64,000 bases of DNA from Terriglobia bacterium (GTDB lineage Bacteria > Acidobacteriota > Terriglobia > Bryobacterales > JACQDG01): the NCBI GenBank assembly GCA_041482115.1, contig JBGPDC010000003.1:4695-68694 (forward strand), in the 5' to 3' direction. A model generated the notes under the pieces. That model made no database searches and was not told where the DNA came from. It saw only the letters and a program-made list of their open reading frames with translations. Made by a program: the position numbers and the translations under genes. This document shows positions 38,984 to 48,286 of the stretch, piece by piece (the first letter of the stretch is position 1; each line of letters begins with the position of its first letter).

Positions 38984-39952
38984 ATGTTTTCCACTCTGCT
39001 GGTTGTCGCGTTCCTGGTGGTGTTCGGCATGGTGCTGATCGCCGCCTCGCTCGCCTGGAATGTTACCGAAAGAAAGCGGCAGCGCGTGCTGGACAAGCGG
39101 CTGCAGCGCACGCTTGCCGAGATGACCGAGGTGGACACCGACCTCCTCAAGAAGAGCTCCGCCAGCGAGGTGGAGTTCTATGGCAAGCTGCTGGACCGAT
39201 TTTCGTTCACCGCGACCCTGCAGGATCAACTGGCGCAGGCCAACATGAAGTGGTCGGTGGGCTTCCTGGTCGGACTCATGCTGGTGAGCGGGCTTTTAGC
39301 TCTCAACATTCTGATGCGGGTCCGTTACGTGCCGGGCTACCTCGTTCCCCTGGGAGTGGCGGCGGTGGGGTTCCTGCCCTACTGGGTGGTGCTGCGGAAG
39401 CGTACCCGTCGCCTGGCCCAGTTCGAGGAGGAATTCCCGGAGGCGCTGGACTTTCTGGCGCGCGCCATGCGGGCCGGCCACGCCTTCTCCATCAGCCTGG
39501 AGCTGCTCTCGCAGGAGTCGCCCGACCCGCTGGCCACGGAGTTCCGGCAGGTGACGGAGGAGCACAATCTGGGCTTGCCGCTGGAGGCCTCGCTCGTGAA
39601 CCTGGCGCGGCGCGTGCCGCTGCTCGACGTGCGGTTCTTCGTCTCGGCGGTCATGCTCCAAAGCCGGACCGGCGGCAACCTCAGCGAGATCCTGATTAAG
39701 CTCGGCTACGTAATTCGCGAGCGGTTCAAGTTGAAGGGACAGGTCCGGGCGCTGAGCGCCCAAGGCCGCCTGACCGGCAAGTGCCTGGCGGTGATGCCGA
39801 TCGTCGTGGTCTTACTGATGATGGTTGTGAATGCCGAATACATGCGCGGACTGTTTGACTTCCCTTACGGCCGGCATCTTATCGGAGCGGCCGTCATCTT
39901 GCAGTGTCTGGCTTTTTACGTGATCCGCCGGATCGTCGACATTAAGGTGTGA
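38984..39952 (+). CDS. tadB: TadB inner-membrane platform protein (T2SSF domain)
   Basis: ATG at 38984 lies after GAGGAG. EEFPEALDFLARAMRAGHAFSISL is a T2SSF signature. 3-4 TM segments. Confidence 0.85.
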   Translation: MFSTLLVVAFLVVFGMVLIAASLAWNVTERKRQRVLDKRLQRTLAEMTEVDTDLLKKSSASEVEFYGKLLDRFSFTATLQDQLAQANMKWSVGFLVGLMLVSGLLALNILMRVRYVPGYLVPLGVAAVGFLPYWVVLRKRTRRLAQFEEEFPEALDFLARAMRAGHAFSISLELLSQESPDPLATEFRQVTEEHNLGLPLEASLVNLARRVPLLDVRFFVSAVMLQSRTGGNLSEILIKLGYVIRERFKLKGQVRALSAQGRLTGKCLAVMPIVVVLLMMVVNAEYMRGLFDFPYGRHLIGAAVILQCLAFYVIRRIVDIKV

Positions 39953-39959
39953 TGTCATC

Positions 39960-40895
39960 ATGCTGATGGTCATTATTGCGTTGTGGTTTGTGGCGGTGCT
40001 GGGCGCCATTTCGTGGGTCGGATACCGTTACTGGGTCAAGCCGGCGGCCTACCTGGACCGTGTCGGCGGCGAGGGCGGCGCAGTGGCCGTCGAACTCGAT
40101 GATCATGACCCGGCTCCCATGACCGGGGTCACCAGGATGATGCGGCAGGTAGGGGAGTCGGTTCCGACCAACCCCGGCGCCTTGCGCCAGAAGCGCAAGC
40201 TGCTCATCGCCGCGGGTTACCGCTCCGATTCGGCGGTGGCCGTGATGTACGGCCTCCAAATTGCCTGCGGAGTAATGCTGGGCCTGCTGACCGCCGTCGC
40301 CCTCACCAGCACCCGGGTCCTCTCGCCGCCGCAAGCCCTCGGGGCCGGTATCCTGGTCGGGCTGTTGGGCTACGCCCTGCCCAACGAGATTCTGCGCCTG
40401 CTGATTCAGCGGCGCCGGCAAATCTTGCGGCATTCCCTGCCCGACGCGCTCGACCTGCTGGTCATCTGCGTGGAATCCGGGCTGGGTCTGGATCAGGCGC
40501 TGCAAGAGGTTTCTCAGGAGCTGCTCTTAACTCACCGCGAGCTCAGCGAGGAGCTGGCGCTGGTGAACTACGAACTGCGCGCCGGCAGCCGGCGGTCCGA
40601 GGCGCTGCGCAATCTGGCCTCCCGGACCGGCGAAGGGGAGATCAAGAAGCTGGTGGCTATTCTGATCCAGACCGACCGCTTCGGCACCTCCATCGCCCAG
40701 GCGCTCCGGACCCACGCCGACTTCATGCGGGTGCGCAGGCGCCAGGTGGCCGAGGAAAAGGCCAACAAAGTGGGCGTCAAGCTCGTGTTTCCGATCTTCT
40801 TCTTCATTCTGCCTTCGATGTTCTTAGTGACGGTGGGCCCGTCGCTGCTCTACCTGTTGTTCGAGTTCCTGCCGAAGATGAAGCAGGGCTTGTAG
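39960..40895 (+). CDS. tadC: TadC inner-membrane platform protein (T2SSF domain)
   Basis: LPDALDLLVICVESGLGLDQAL is a T2SSF signature. TM segments at both ends. Confidence 0.85.
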   Translation: MLMVIIALWFVAVLGAISWVGYRYWVKPAAYLDRVGGEGGAVAVELDDHDPAPMTGVTRMMRQVGESVPTNPGALRQKRKLLIAAGYRSDSAVAVMYGLQIACGVMLGLLTAVALTSTRVLSPPQALGAGILVGLLGYALPNEILRLLIQRRRQILRHSLPDALDLLVICVESGLGLDQALQEVSQELLLTHRELSEELALVNYELRAGSRRSEALRNLASRTGEGEIKKLVAILIQTDRFGTSIAQALRTHADFMRVRRRQVAEEKANKVGVKLVFPIFFFILPSMFLVTVGPSLLYLLFEFLPKMKQGL

Positions 40896-40943
40896 TGCAC
40901 GCCACACCCAAAGTGGTGTAGACTACCCTTCGATGGAGGAAGA

Positions 40944-41039
40944 ATGGACTCCACGACAGTCCGGGTGATATGCGCCGTTCTGGCGGTGCTGCTGTTGGCT
41001 GTTATCGTGATGCGTCGACGAGGGAAGAGAGAGGAGTAA
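40944..41039 (+). CDS. Unannotated 31-aa single-TM micro-protein candidate downstream of tadC
   Basis: My own translation: GGAGGA lies 3-4 nt upstream of ATG at 40944. MDSTTVRVICAVLAVLLLAVIVMRRRGKREE, then TAA at 41037-41039. Below the ORF-track size cutoff. Confidence 0.35.
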   Translation: MDSTTVRVICAVLAVLLLAVIVMRRRGKREE

Positions 41040-41157
41040 GAAGCGCGCCGGCTCGCGGTGGCCGGCCTGAGAGAGAACAATTTCTCCCTTACGACGCGGT
41101 CGACTTGTCGAGGGTGGGCTCCAAGCACATGTTCGGGACAGCCTGAAGGCCGGGTCT

Positions 41158-42282
41158 GTGGCACCAGGAAGTGTAGTGCGCCCGCGGTCCGTCGCGGCAT
41201 TAACCTGGGTTGCGGCTGGGCTCTTGGCTGGCTTCTGGCTCGGGGCCATCTTTGGGGCGGCCGCTCGCACCGGCGACCCGGGCGACTTCTCGGCGTTCTA
41301 TGGCGGAGCTAGAGTGCTGCGGACCGTAGGACCCCGGGCCCTCTACGATTTTCCCGCCATGGAACGGATCACCCGGGCGTCCTTTCCCGGCCCCTACGCC
41401 GTTCTTCCTTTCATTCGGCCTCCTTTCTACGCCCTGCTGCTCCAGCCGCTGGCGGTGTTACCGCCTCACGCGGCACTACTTGCTTGGCTGGTGTTGAATG
41501 CCGCGGCCTTGCTCGGGAGCGTCTTTCTCCTGGCCGGCGTCACCGGCCGGGAGGCGCCGGTAGTTGCCTGGCACGCGGCGATCTTCTTTCCGGCCCTGGC
41601 CGCCTTTTTCAACCGGCAGGACGTGCCGCTACTGCTGCTGGCCGCTACCCTGGCCTATCGGCTGTTGAACCGTGGCCGGCCGTTCGCTGCCGGCTTGGCG
41701 CTGGCCGCCTGCACCGTCAAGTTTCACCTCGGGCTGTTGCTCCCGCTTGTCCTGGTGGTCCAGCGGAGTTGGAGGCTGCTAGCTGGCCTCGCGGCGGGAG
41801 CGGGTGTCGCCCTGGCGCTGTCCTTGCTCTTGGTAGGCCCCAGTGGCTGCTGGGGGTATGTCCGGATGCTCTTCGAGCGCACGGCGCCCAATATCGAAAA
41901 CTATCCCGAGCGGCAAGCGAACCTCTCCAGTGTGGCGCGCGACTCGGGCCTGGAAATTCCGCTGGTGCTGCTCACTGCCGCGGCGGCCGCCGCCGCCGGC
42001 CGGCGGCTCCAGGCTCGCGAAGCGCTCGCGGCCGGCTGGCTGGGATCCCTGGCCATCGCGCCGCACGCGGTGATCTCTGACTACCTCCTGGCCCTTCCGG
42101 CCCTGCTGCTGCTGGCCCCGCTCGGGCGCGCCTGCTTTGTGCCTGGCGTGCTGCTACTTTTTCCAGTGGTTCCCCTGCTGCTGGTATGGGACGAGCGACT
42201 GATCGGATTGGCCCCCTTGCTGGCCCTCGCTTGCCTGCTGGGGGCGGTGATCCACGGCAGTTCGCGCCGGAGTGAAGTGTGA
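41158..42282 (+). CDS. GT87/DUF2029-like polytopic membrane glycosyltransferase
   Basis: Multi-TM protein. N-terminal loop GDFSAFYGGARVL...LYDF parallels the paralogues at 13852 and 45552. Confidence 0.55.
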   Translation: MAPGSVVRPRSVAALTWVAAGLLAGFWLGAIFGAAARTGDPGDFSAFYGGARVLRTVGPRALYDFPAMERITRASFPGPYAVLPFIRPPFYALLLQPLAVLPPHAALLAWLVLNAAALLGSVFLLAGVTGREAPVVAWHAAIFFPALAAFFNRQDVPLLLLAATLAYRLLNRGRPFAAGLALAACTVKFHLGLLLPLVLVVQRSWRLLAGLAAGAGVALALSLLLVGPSGCWGYVRMLFERTAPNIENYPERQANLSSVARDSGLEIPLVLLTAAAAAAAGRRLQAREALAAGWLGSLAIAPHAVISDYLLALPALLLLAPLGRACFVPGVLLLFPVVPLLLVWDERLIGLAPLLALACLLGAVIHGSSRRSEV

Positions 42283-43652
42283 AGCGCGCGGCGGCGCCAC
42301 CTCTCTCGACGCGACGGGCGGGCATCCTGATATTCATCGCCTGCCTGTTGCTCTATAACCTGAACCACCAATACCGAGGCACAGCCGACACGGCGCCCAA
42401 TGTCTACCTGCCGATCAGCATCCTGCTCCACGGCGACCTGTACCTGGACCGCTACCCCACCCTCCCTGGAACCCAGCCCGGGCCGCCCTATCCTTACTAC
42501 CTCCAGCCGTTTCACGGCCGGTTGATCTCCTCCTTCCCACCCACCCCGGCGTTGGTGGCTCTGCCCGTCTACCTGGTGCCGGCGCTGTGGCTCCGCGCCT
42601 CTCACACCCCTTACACCAGTGAAACTTTTTATCTCGTCTGCGTCACCGCGGCCAAACTGGCGGCGGCGGTGATCGCGGCAGCCGCCGTGGTGGTGGTGTT
42701 TCTGACGCTCGCGCCGCCGCTCGGCGTACCGCGGGCGCTGCCCCTCGCGCTGCTCTTTGCCTTTGGCACCTCGGCATTTCCAATTGTGAGTCAGGGGCTG
42801 TGGAGTCACGGGCCGGCGATGTTGTTTCTGGCGGGGGCCGCCTACCTGTCGTTGCATCAGCCCCAGCGGGTCGCGGCGCTTGGAACTCTGCTCGGCCTGG
42901 CCGTGGCCTCTCGCCCGCCGGCAGTGGTTCCGGCGATAGTCTTTGCCGCCTGTGCCGCCGCGCGAGACCCTCGACGCCTGTTGCAACTCCTAGGGGCCCC
43001 GCTTCTGATCGCAACCGGACTCGCAGCCTACAACTACCATTTCTTCGGCTCGGTTAGCGGCGGATATGAGCAGGTGAACCGCGCCGTCCTGGAGCGCCAG
43101 CAACTGACCGCCTTGTGGACCGTTAACCCCGGCCCAGCTCTGGCCGGTCTGCTCGTCAGTCCCAGCCGCGGCCTGCTGATTTTCTCGCCCTTTGCAGTGG
43201 CTGCCTTCGCCGGTCTCTGGCGGACTCTGCGCGACCCGCGCTGGTCGGAGTGGAAGCCAGTGGGACTCTCCGTAGCCGGCTACCTGCTGTTCTTCAGCTT
43301 CTATACCGGCTGGTGGGGCGGCATGTGTTACGGGCCGCGCTACCTCACCGACGTTTCTCCCTTCCTGGTGCTGTTGCTCGTCCCCGTCTGGCAGGATCTG
43401 CAGGCCGTCCGCTGGCGGCGGCTGGGATTTCATCTTTTGGTTTGGACCAGCATCTTCATCCAGACCCTGGGCGCCATGATGTGGGACGGGGAGTGGTACA
43501 TCCGGCCCACTCACGTAGACGTCGATCACGCCCGGCTGTGGGATTGGAAGGATTCCGAGATCACGCGGCTCCTCCGGAATTATCGCTGGTCGCAGACCTC
43601 TTCCCAGGTGCCGGCCTTCGGCGGGCCCTCGCCGGATCAATCTCGTGAGTAG
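42279..43652 (+). CDS. Polytopic membrane protein, GT-C-like (weak assignment)
   Basis: 4-bp overlap with the upstream gene. More than 10 hydrophobic segments with an N-terminal loop (GTADTAPNVYLPISILLHGDLYLD). No soluble catalytic domain. Confidence 0.45.
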   Translation: MKRAAAPPLSTRRAGILIFIACLLLYNLNHQYRGTADTAPNVYLPISILLHGDLYLDRYPTLPGTQPGPPYPYYLQPFHGRLISSFPPTPALVALPVYLVPALWLRASHTPYTSETFYLVCVTAAKLAAAVIAAAAVVVVFLTLAPPLGVPRALPLALLFAFGTSAFPIVSQGLWSHGPAMLFLAGAAYLSLHQPQRVAALGTLLGLAVASRPPAVVPAIVFAACAAARDPRRLLQLLGAPLLIATGLAAYNYHFFGSVSGGYEQVNRAVLERQQLTALWTVNPGPALAGLLVSPSRGLLIFSPFAVAAFAGLWRTLRDPRWSEWKPVGLSVAGYLLFFSFYTGWWGGMCYGPRYLTDVSPFLVLLLVPVWQDLQAVRWRRLGFHLLVWTSIFIQTLGAMMWDGEWYIRPTHVDVDHARLWDWKDSEITRLLRNYRWSQTSSQVPAFGGPSPDQSRE

Positions 43653-43655
43653 GCG

Positions 43656-45449
43656 GTGCTGACCAATCCAGTGGCGGCTCCCTTGCCGCCCGCCGTTCAC
43701 GCGCCGCCGGGCACCGGCCGCGGCGATATCCTGGCGCGGGCCGCGATCGTCGTGGCGTGGCTGCTGCTCGGGTGCCTGACCTGGGGACACTGGGGGGAAG
43801 TGGCCCGCTACGACACCGGTCGCGAGATGTACGTGCCCTACGCGATGCTGCAGGGCAAGGCGCTCTATAAAGACCTGTGGTACACCTATGGCCCCCTCGC
43901 TCCCTGCTGGAATGCGCTGTTGTTCGCCGTGTTCGGCAGTCGGCTGGAGGTGCTTTACGCTTCCGGGCTGACGCAGGCCCTGGCTTTCGCGCTGCTGCTC
44001 TATGCCATCGCGCGGCGGTTTCTGCCGGTAGCGGCCGCGTCGCTGGCGGCCGGCTGCTTTCTGCTGCAGGCTTTCCAGCCCGACCTCTTCAACTTCGCGC
44101 TGCCCTACGCGCACGCCGCCACGCTGGGGGCCCTGTTCAGTCTTTGCACGCTCTACGGTTTGGTCCGTCACGTCCTGCGGGAGCCGGGGCCGAATCTGGC
44201 GGCGGCCGGGATGGCGGCCGGCCTGGCCCTGCTCACCAAGCAGGAGTTCGGGGCGGCGTGTTATTTGATCCTGGGCTTTGTGCTGGTCCTCGAGGCCCGC
44301 AGTCAGCGCTCCGCCGGCCGGTTGTTCGGGGGCCTGTGGCGCTGCCTGCCGGGCCTGCTGGTCAACGTCGCCGTGTATGGCTGGCTCGCCTGGCGGCTGA
44401 CGCCGGCCGCCTTGTTTCTCGACAATCTCAACACGCCGTGGTCCTATCACATGCGCGCGGCAGGAATGCCATGGCTGGCGCGCAACGGCTTCCGCTTTCA
44501 GCCCCAGGAGATGCTGGCCGCTGCGTTTAGCGGGCTGATCTCTCTGGCCTTGTGGTTCCTCGTGGCGGCGCTCCTCGAGCGCCTGCTCGCCTGGCGCGGG
44601 ACCTTGCCGGTGGCGGGCCTGTCGGTGATCGCCTTCGGGACCGCCGCTCATCTGAAGGACTGGCCTCTGGCCGGTGCTCTCTTTTTAGGGGTCCCGCTGC
44701 TGTTCTTCCCGATGGGCCTGCCGTGGCTGGCGGCGGGCTTGCTCGCGGTGTCGCTGTTGGAGTGGCGGCGCGACCACCACCCCCGCCACCTGGCAATTGC
44801 GGTGCTGTGCCTCTACGCCCTGGCGATCGGCCTGCGGGTTCTGTTTCTCACGCTGCCTGTCTACTATGGCGTCTATCACAGTCAGGCGTTGTTCCTCGTC
44901 TTCCTCATTCTGCTCACCCGTTTGACGGGCCACATGGGCCGGGCCTTTCCGGCTATCCTGGTACTCGAAGCGGCCGGACTGCTGGCGGCCGTGGCTCCGC
45001 GCCCCTCCAGCCTGCCCGCGCCCCTTCACACCGCGCGCGGCACGATTTACGCTGGTTCCTCCGAGGCGGCGGTTTACAAGCCGCTTCTCGCTTTCCTCGC
45101 GGAGCAACAAGCTCACGGCCGGACGTTCGTCGTGCTGCCGCAAGAGGTATCGCTCTACTTTTTCACCGGAACGCTGGCGCCCAGCCGCTGGTTCGGGCTG
45201 ACCCCTGGCACCCTAGCCCCCGAGGCGCGACAGCAAGACTACATCGCGGATCTCGAACGGTACAACGCCGACTTCATCGTCGTCTCCAACCGTGACACCA
45301 AGGAGTACGGCCTGCCCTACTTCGGCCTCGACTACGACCGCGCGGTCTATGCCTGGATCCTGCAGCATTACGAGCCCGCGGGAGAATTCGGACGCTTCGT
45401 CCGCGACGTTCCGGGCGCTTACGGCGTGCGCATCTATCGCCGGCGATGA
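43656..45449 (+). CDS. Polytopic membrane protein, GT-C (ArnT/PMT-like) with C-terminal soluble domain
   Basis: Starts 3 nt after the upstream stop. First-loop motif YDTGREMYVPYAMLQGKALYKDLWYTYGPL, many TM segments and a roughly 130-aa C-terminal non-membrane domain. Confidence 0.5.
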   Translation: MLTNPVAAPLPPAVHAPPGTGRGDILARAAIVVAWLLLGCLTWGHWGEVARYDTGREMYVPYAMLQGKALYKDLWYTYGPLAPCWNALLFAVFGSRLEVLYASGLTQALAFALLLYAIARRFLPVAAASLAAGCFLLQAFQPDLFNFALPYAHAATLGALFSLCTLYGLVRHVLREPGPNLAAAGMAAGLALLTKQEFGAACYLILGFVLVLEARSQRSAGRLFGGLWRCLPGLLVNVAVYGWLAWRLTPAALFLDNLNTPWSYHMRAAGMPWLARNGFRFQPQEMLAAAFSGLISLALWFLVAALLERLLAWRGTLPVAGLSVIAFGTAAHLKDWPLAGALFLGVPLLFFPMGLPWLAAGLLAVSLLEWRRDHHPRHLAIAVLCLYALAIGLRVLFLTLPVYYGVYHSQALFLVFLILLTRLTGHMGRAFPAILVLEAAGLLAAVAPRPSSLPAPLHTARGTIYAGSSEAAVYKPLLAFLAEQQAHGRTFVVLPQEVSLYFFTGTLAPSRWFGLTPGTLAPEARQQDYIADLERYNADFIVVSNRDTKEYGLPYFGLDYDRAVYAWILQHYEPAGEFGRFVRDVPGAYGVRIYRRR

Positions 45450-45551
45450 CCATCGCCGTGAGCCTAGCCGGACGCCGCCTATACTGACGTGTTGCGCCTT
45501 CACTAACGCGAGAGGGTCACCTCTCTAGCGCGACTCAGCTACACTAAGAAC

Positions 45552-46685
45552 TTGCACGCAGAGGGAGTCGAGGCTTCTCCGGCATATTTGCGACCTCCAC
45601 CTCGGAGAGCCAGTCGGGCCCTGTGGGCGGTATGCTTGGTGGCCTTTCTGGCTTTTGCCTCCCTCTGGGCCTCTCACGCCCGGACGTACCGGGAAATGGG
45701 CTGGGACTTCACGATGTTTTACGTCGCCTCCCATCTTCCCGCGGGCCAGCTCTACAACCGGACGGCTTATCTGGAAACGGCGGAGCGCCTTCTGGGTGGC
45801 TCCGAGGTCAAATACTTCCCTCCTTACATCCGGCTCGCCATCTTCGCGCTGCCCTTGAGGCCCCTGGGCTGGTTTTCTTACAAGAATGCTTTTCTCATTT
45901 GGACCGCCATCCAATTTGGCTGTTATCTCGCAAGTCTGTTCCTGCTGCGGTCGATCTACCCTTTCCCCCCCGAGGCGCTCCTCGGTTGGGCGCTATTCTA
46001 TCCTTCCATGCATGGCATCTGGCAAGGACACGACGAATCCGCCCTGCTGCTGCTGGTTGTCGTGGCTTTCTTTCTCTTGAAATCCGGCCGCGAAAAGCTG
46101 GCGGGCGTCCTGTTCGCTCTCTGCGCCTACAAGTTTAATTTGTTCGTTCTTATCCCCCTTTATCTCCTGATCCGGCGGCAATGGCAGGCCCTGGGGTATG
46201 GGATCGGAACCACGGCGATCCTGGTCGGTGTTTCTTTCTCCCTCCAATCCCCCCGGACCTACTTCGATTATCTGAAGCGTGTGCCCGAGATGAGCATTAA
46301 CTTTGATCCCGCCTCTATTACCAGCCTGCGAGGCCTGACACTGGGGCACCCCTGGCTATACGGGGTCACCGTAGTGGCGGTCGTGCTTCTGGCGTTATGG
46401 GCGATATCGGTGACGGACGAAACTTCCGGATTCGCCATAGCCATAACCGGCTCCTTGCTGATCGCCTACTATACGTTCTATTACGATCTGACGCTGCTCG
46501 CCATTCCCATTATGGTGATCCTGGCGAAAGGGGGGCGGTGGTCCAGGATAGCTCCATTAACCTTGCTGGTAGGCGTACCCTTATGGTTCGGTCCGCCGCG
46601 CTATATGGCTATCCTGGTGGTGGCGCTCTTGGGAGGCCTCGTGTGTTTGGCACCGTCCGGACCTGACGCGAAGGAATCGTCGTAA
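45552..46685 (+). CDS. GT87/DUF2029-like polytopic membrane glycosyltransferase
   Basis: WDFTMFYVASHLPAGQLYN motif. Multi-TM protein. The TTG start is uncertain. Confidence 0.55.
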   Translation: MHAEGVEASPAYLRPPPRRASRALWAVCLVAFLAFASLWASHARTYREMGWDFTMFYVASHLPAGQLYNRTAYLETAERLLGGSEVKYFPPYIRLAIFALPLRPLGWFSYKNAFLIWTAIQFGCYLASLFLLRSIYPFPPEALLGWALFYPSMHGIWQGHDESALLLLVVVAFFLLKSGREKLAGVLFALCAYKFNLFVLIPLYLLIRRQWQALGYGIGTTAILVGVSFSLQSPRTYFDYLKRVPEMSINFDPASITSLRGLTLGHPWLYGVTVVAVVLLALWAISVTDETSGFAIAITGSLLIAYYTFYYDLTLLAIPIMVILAKGGRWSRIAPLTLLVGVPLWFGPPRYMAILVVALLGGLVCLAPSGPDAKESS

Positions 46686-48265
46686 TGGGCGGCCCCGCCT
46701 CGCGCGAGGGAGCGGCTCTCCCGTGGAATACAGACGCGGATCCCGACGAAAAATGGCTTTACTCGCTAGCTATCCTCTTTGGCATTGGCCTGCGGGTCTT
46801 TCGATTCTGGGGACCCAGCCTCTGGCTGGACGAATTGAGCACCGCGTGGGTGGCTACTGCGCACGGCTGGGAGGCGCTATGGCAGCGGTGCCTGCTGGCG
46901 CACCAGCCTCCTATCTATTTCCTGGTCGTCAAGGCATTCTTACTTCTCGGCCACAATGAGCTTTTTCTCCGGCTGCCCACTATCATCTTCGGACTGGCCT
47001 CTCTGGCGGCTCTGGTAGTGACTATGCGCCGCGTGTTAGGGACGCGCGCGGCCCTGTACGGGGGCGCCCTCTATGCGCTGAACTCCCGGGGTATCTACCA
47101 CGGCCAGGAAGCTCGGATGTACGCCCTGGCTTGGTTTGTTACTCTCGTTTCGATCTATTTCTTCGTCTCATTGTTTGAAGATAGCCAGAGGTGGCGGTGG
47201 CTGGGGTACGCGGCCGCGACCCTGACCGTTTGTTACATCCACATCATCTACATTTGCGTCTTAGTGGGTCAGACCATCGTCGTTCTGTGTTTCTATTATG
47301 TGCTCCAACGCCGTACTCCTATTCTGCGCCGCCTCCTCTGGACCCAAATGACGTTGTTCCTTCTTGCCGCTCCGCTCACGCCCCTGTTGTTTGCCACTGC
47401 GACTGCCAGCAGAGCTTTGGGAAGCTTTATGTCCAAGCCGAACGTAGGCGGATTTTTATACCTCCTTACGTATCCGGAAACTGGCGCAGCGGCAGCCCTC
47501 TTCGTTTTGATTCTTGTCAGGATCTGGGGCCGGCGTCAGGCCTTCGTGGCCCTGACGGAACCAGAGACGGCTTTGGTGGGCGTCGGGATCGTGTATGCCG
47601 CCATGCTTCCTTGTGCTGCGGTGTTAGCCGCCGCCGGTATCGTGAACATTCTGGAGGGAAGATACCTGCTGTTGCCACTCCTCGGCGCTATTATCTCCGC
47701 GGCTTTCGTTGTAGCCAGGGCGAATGACCGCGTACTTCGGCGCGGACTGTGGACGTTTGTCCTGCTGACCGCCATCCTGCAAGGGGCCATCGCGGCGCAG
47801 ATCGGACCCTGGGTTGGAATGCCACGGGAGGACTGGCGCGGCGCTATCGGCTGGATCGGGGAGCGTTATCGAGAAGGCGATCTCATTCTGATGCGTTCGG
47901 GTTTGATCGAGGCGAAGTATCTCTCCCTGGACCTTCCCCAGAATCGGGAATACCTGGGGTTGCCATTGGCCGGCTTCTATGGCCCCGGCGGGCTGAATGT
48001 TGTCAATCTACCGTGGACGGCTGAGGAACTGAACTCGGGCCCGTACCTCCGCGCCTCTCTGCGGGAGAGGATGGGCCGGGCCAGGCAGATCATTGTGGTG
48101 CTGAACTCCCAAACGGTTCCTTGGAGCTGGACGGTATTCGAACAGTGGCTCCAGGAATCCGGCCGCCGGCCCGGATCGAGCGAGAAACGCCAATTTCAGG
48201 TTCTGGAGGTTCGCGTCTATCGCAGTCCGGAGAGCCAATCTGGGGTCTCTGTACCAGCCATGTAG
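46685..48265 (+). CDS. GT39/PMT_2-like (ArnT-type) GT-C membrane glycosyltransferase
   Basis: 1-nt overlap with the upstream stop. SLWLDELSTAWVA acidic first-loop motif, multi-TM region and C-terminal soluble domain. Confidence 0.6.
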   Translation: MGGPASREGAALPWNTDADPDEKWLYSLAILFGIGLRVFRFWGPSLWLDELSTAWVATAHGWEALWQRCLLAHQPPIYFLVVKAFLLLGHNELFLRLPTIIFGLASLAALVVTMRRVLGTRAALYGGALYALNSRGIYHGQEARMYALAWFVTLVSIYFFVSLFEDSQRWRWLGYAAATLTVCYIHIIYICVLVGQTIVVLCFYYVLQRRTPILRRLLWTQMTLFLLAAPLTPLLFATATASRALGSFMSKPNVGGFLYLLTYPETGAAAALFVLILVRIWGRRQAFVALTEPETALVGVGIVYAAMLPCAAVLAAAGIVNILEGRYLLLPLLGAIISAAFVVARANDRVLRRGLWTFVLLTAILQGAIAAQIGPWVGMPREDWRGAIGWIGERYREGDLILMRSGLIEAKYLSLDLPQNREYLGLPLAGFYGPGGLNVVNLPWTAEELNSGPYLRASLRERMGRARQIIVVLNSQTVPWSWTVFEQWLQESGRRPGSSEKRQFQVLEVRVYRSPESQSGVSVPAM

Positions 48266-48286
48266 CCTGGAACCAATCGCCCAAGT

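Noticed and set aside
42990-44651. 553-aa minus-strand ORF, plus the similar ORFs 31605-32951 and 42081-42986, opposite the membrane glycosyltransferase-like genes
   Set aside because: The translations are hydrophilic and Arg/Gln/Gly/Pro-rich with no motifs. The plus-strand frames give coherent multi-TM proteins with tight operon junctions.
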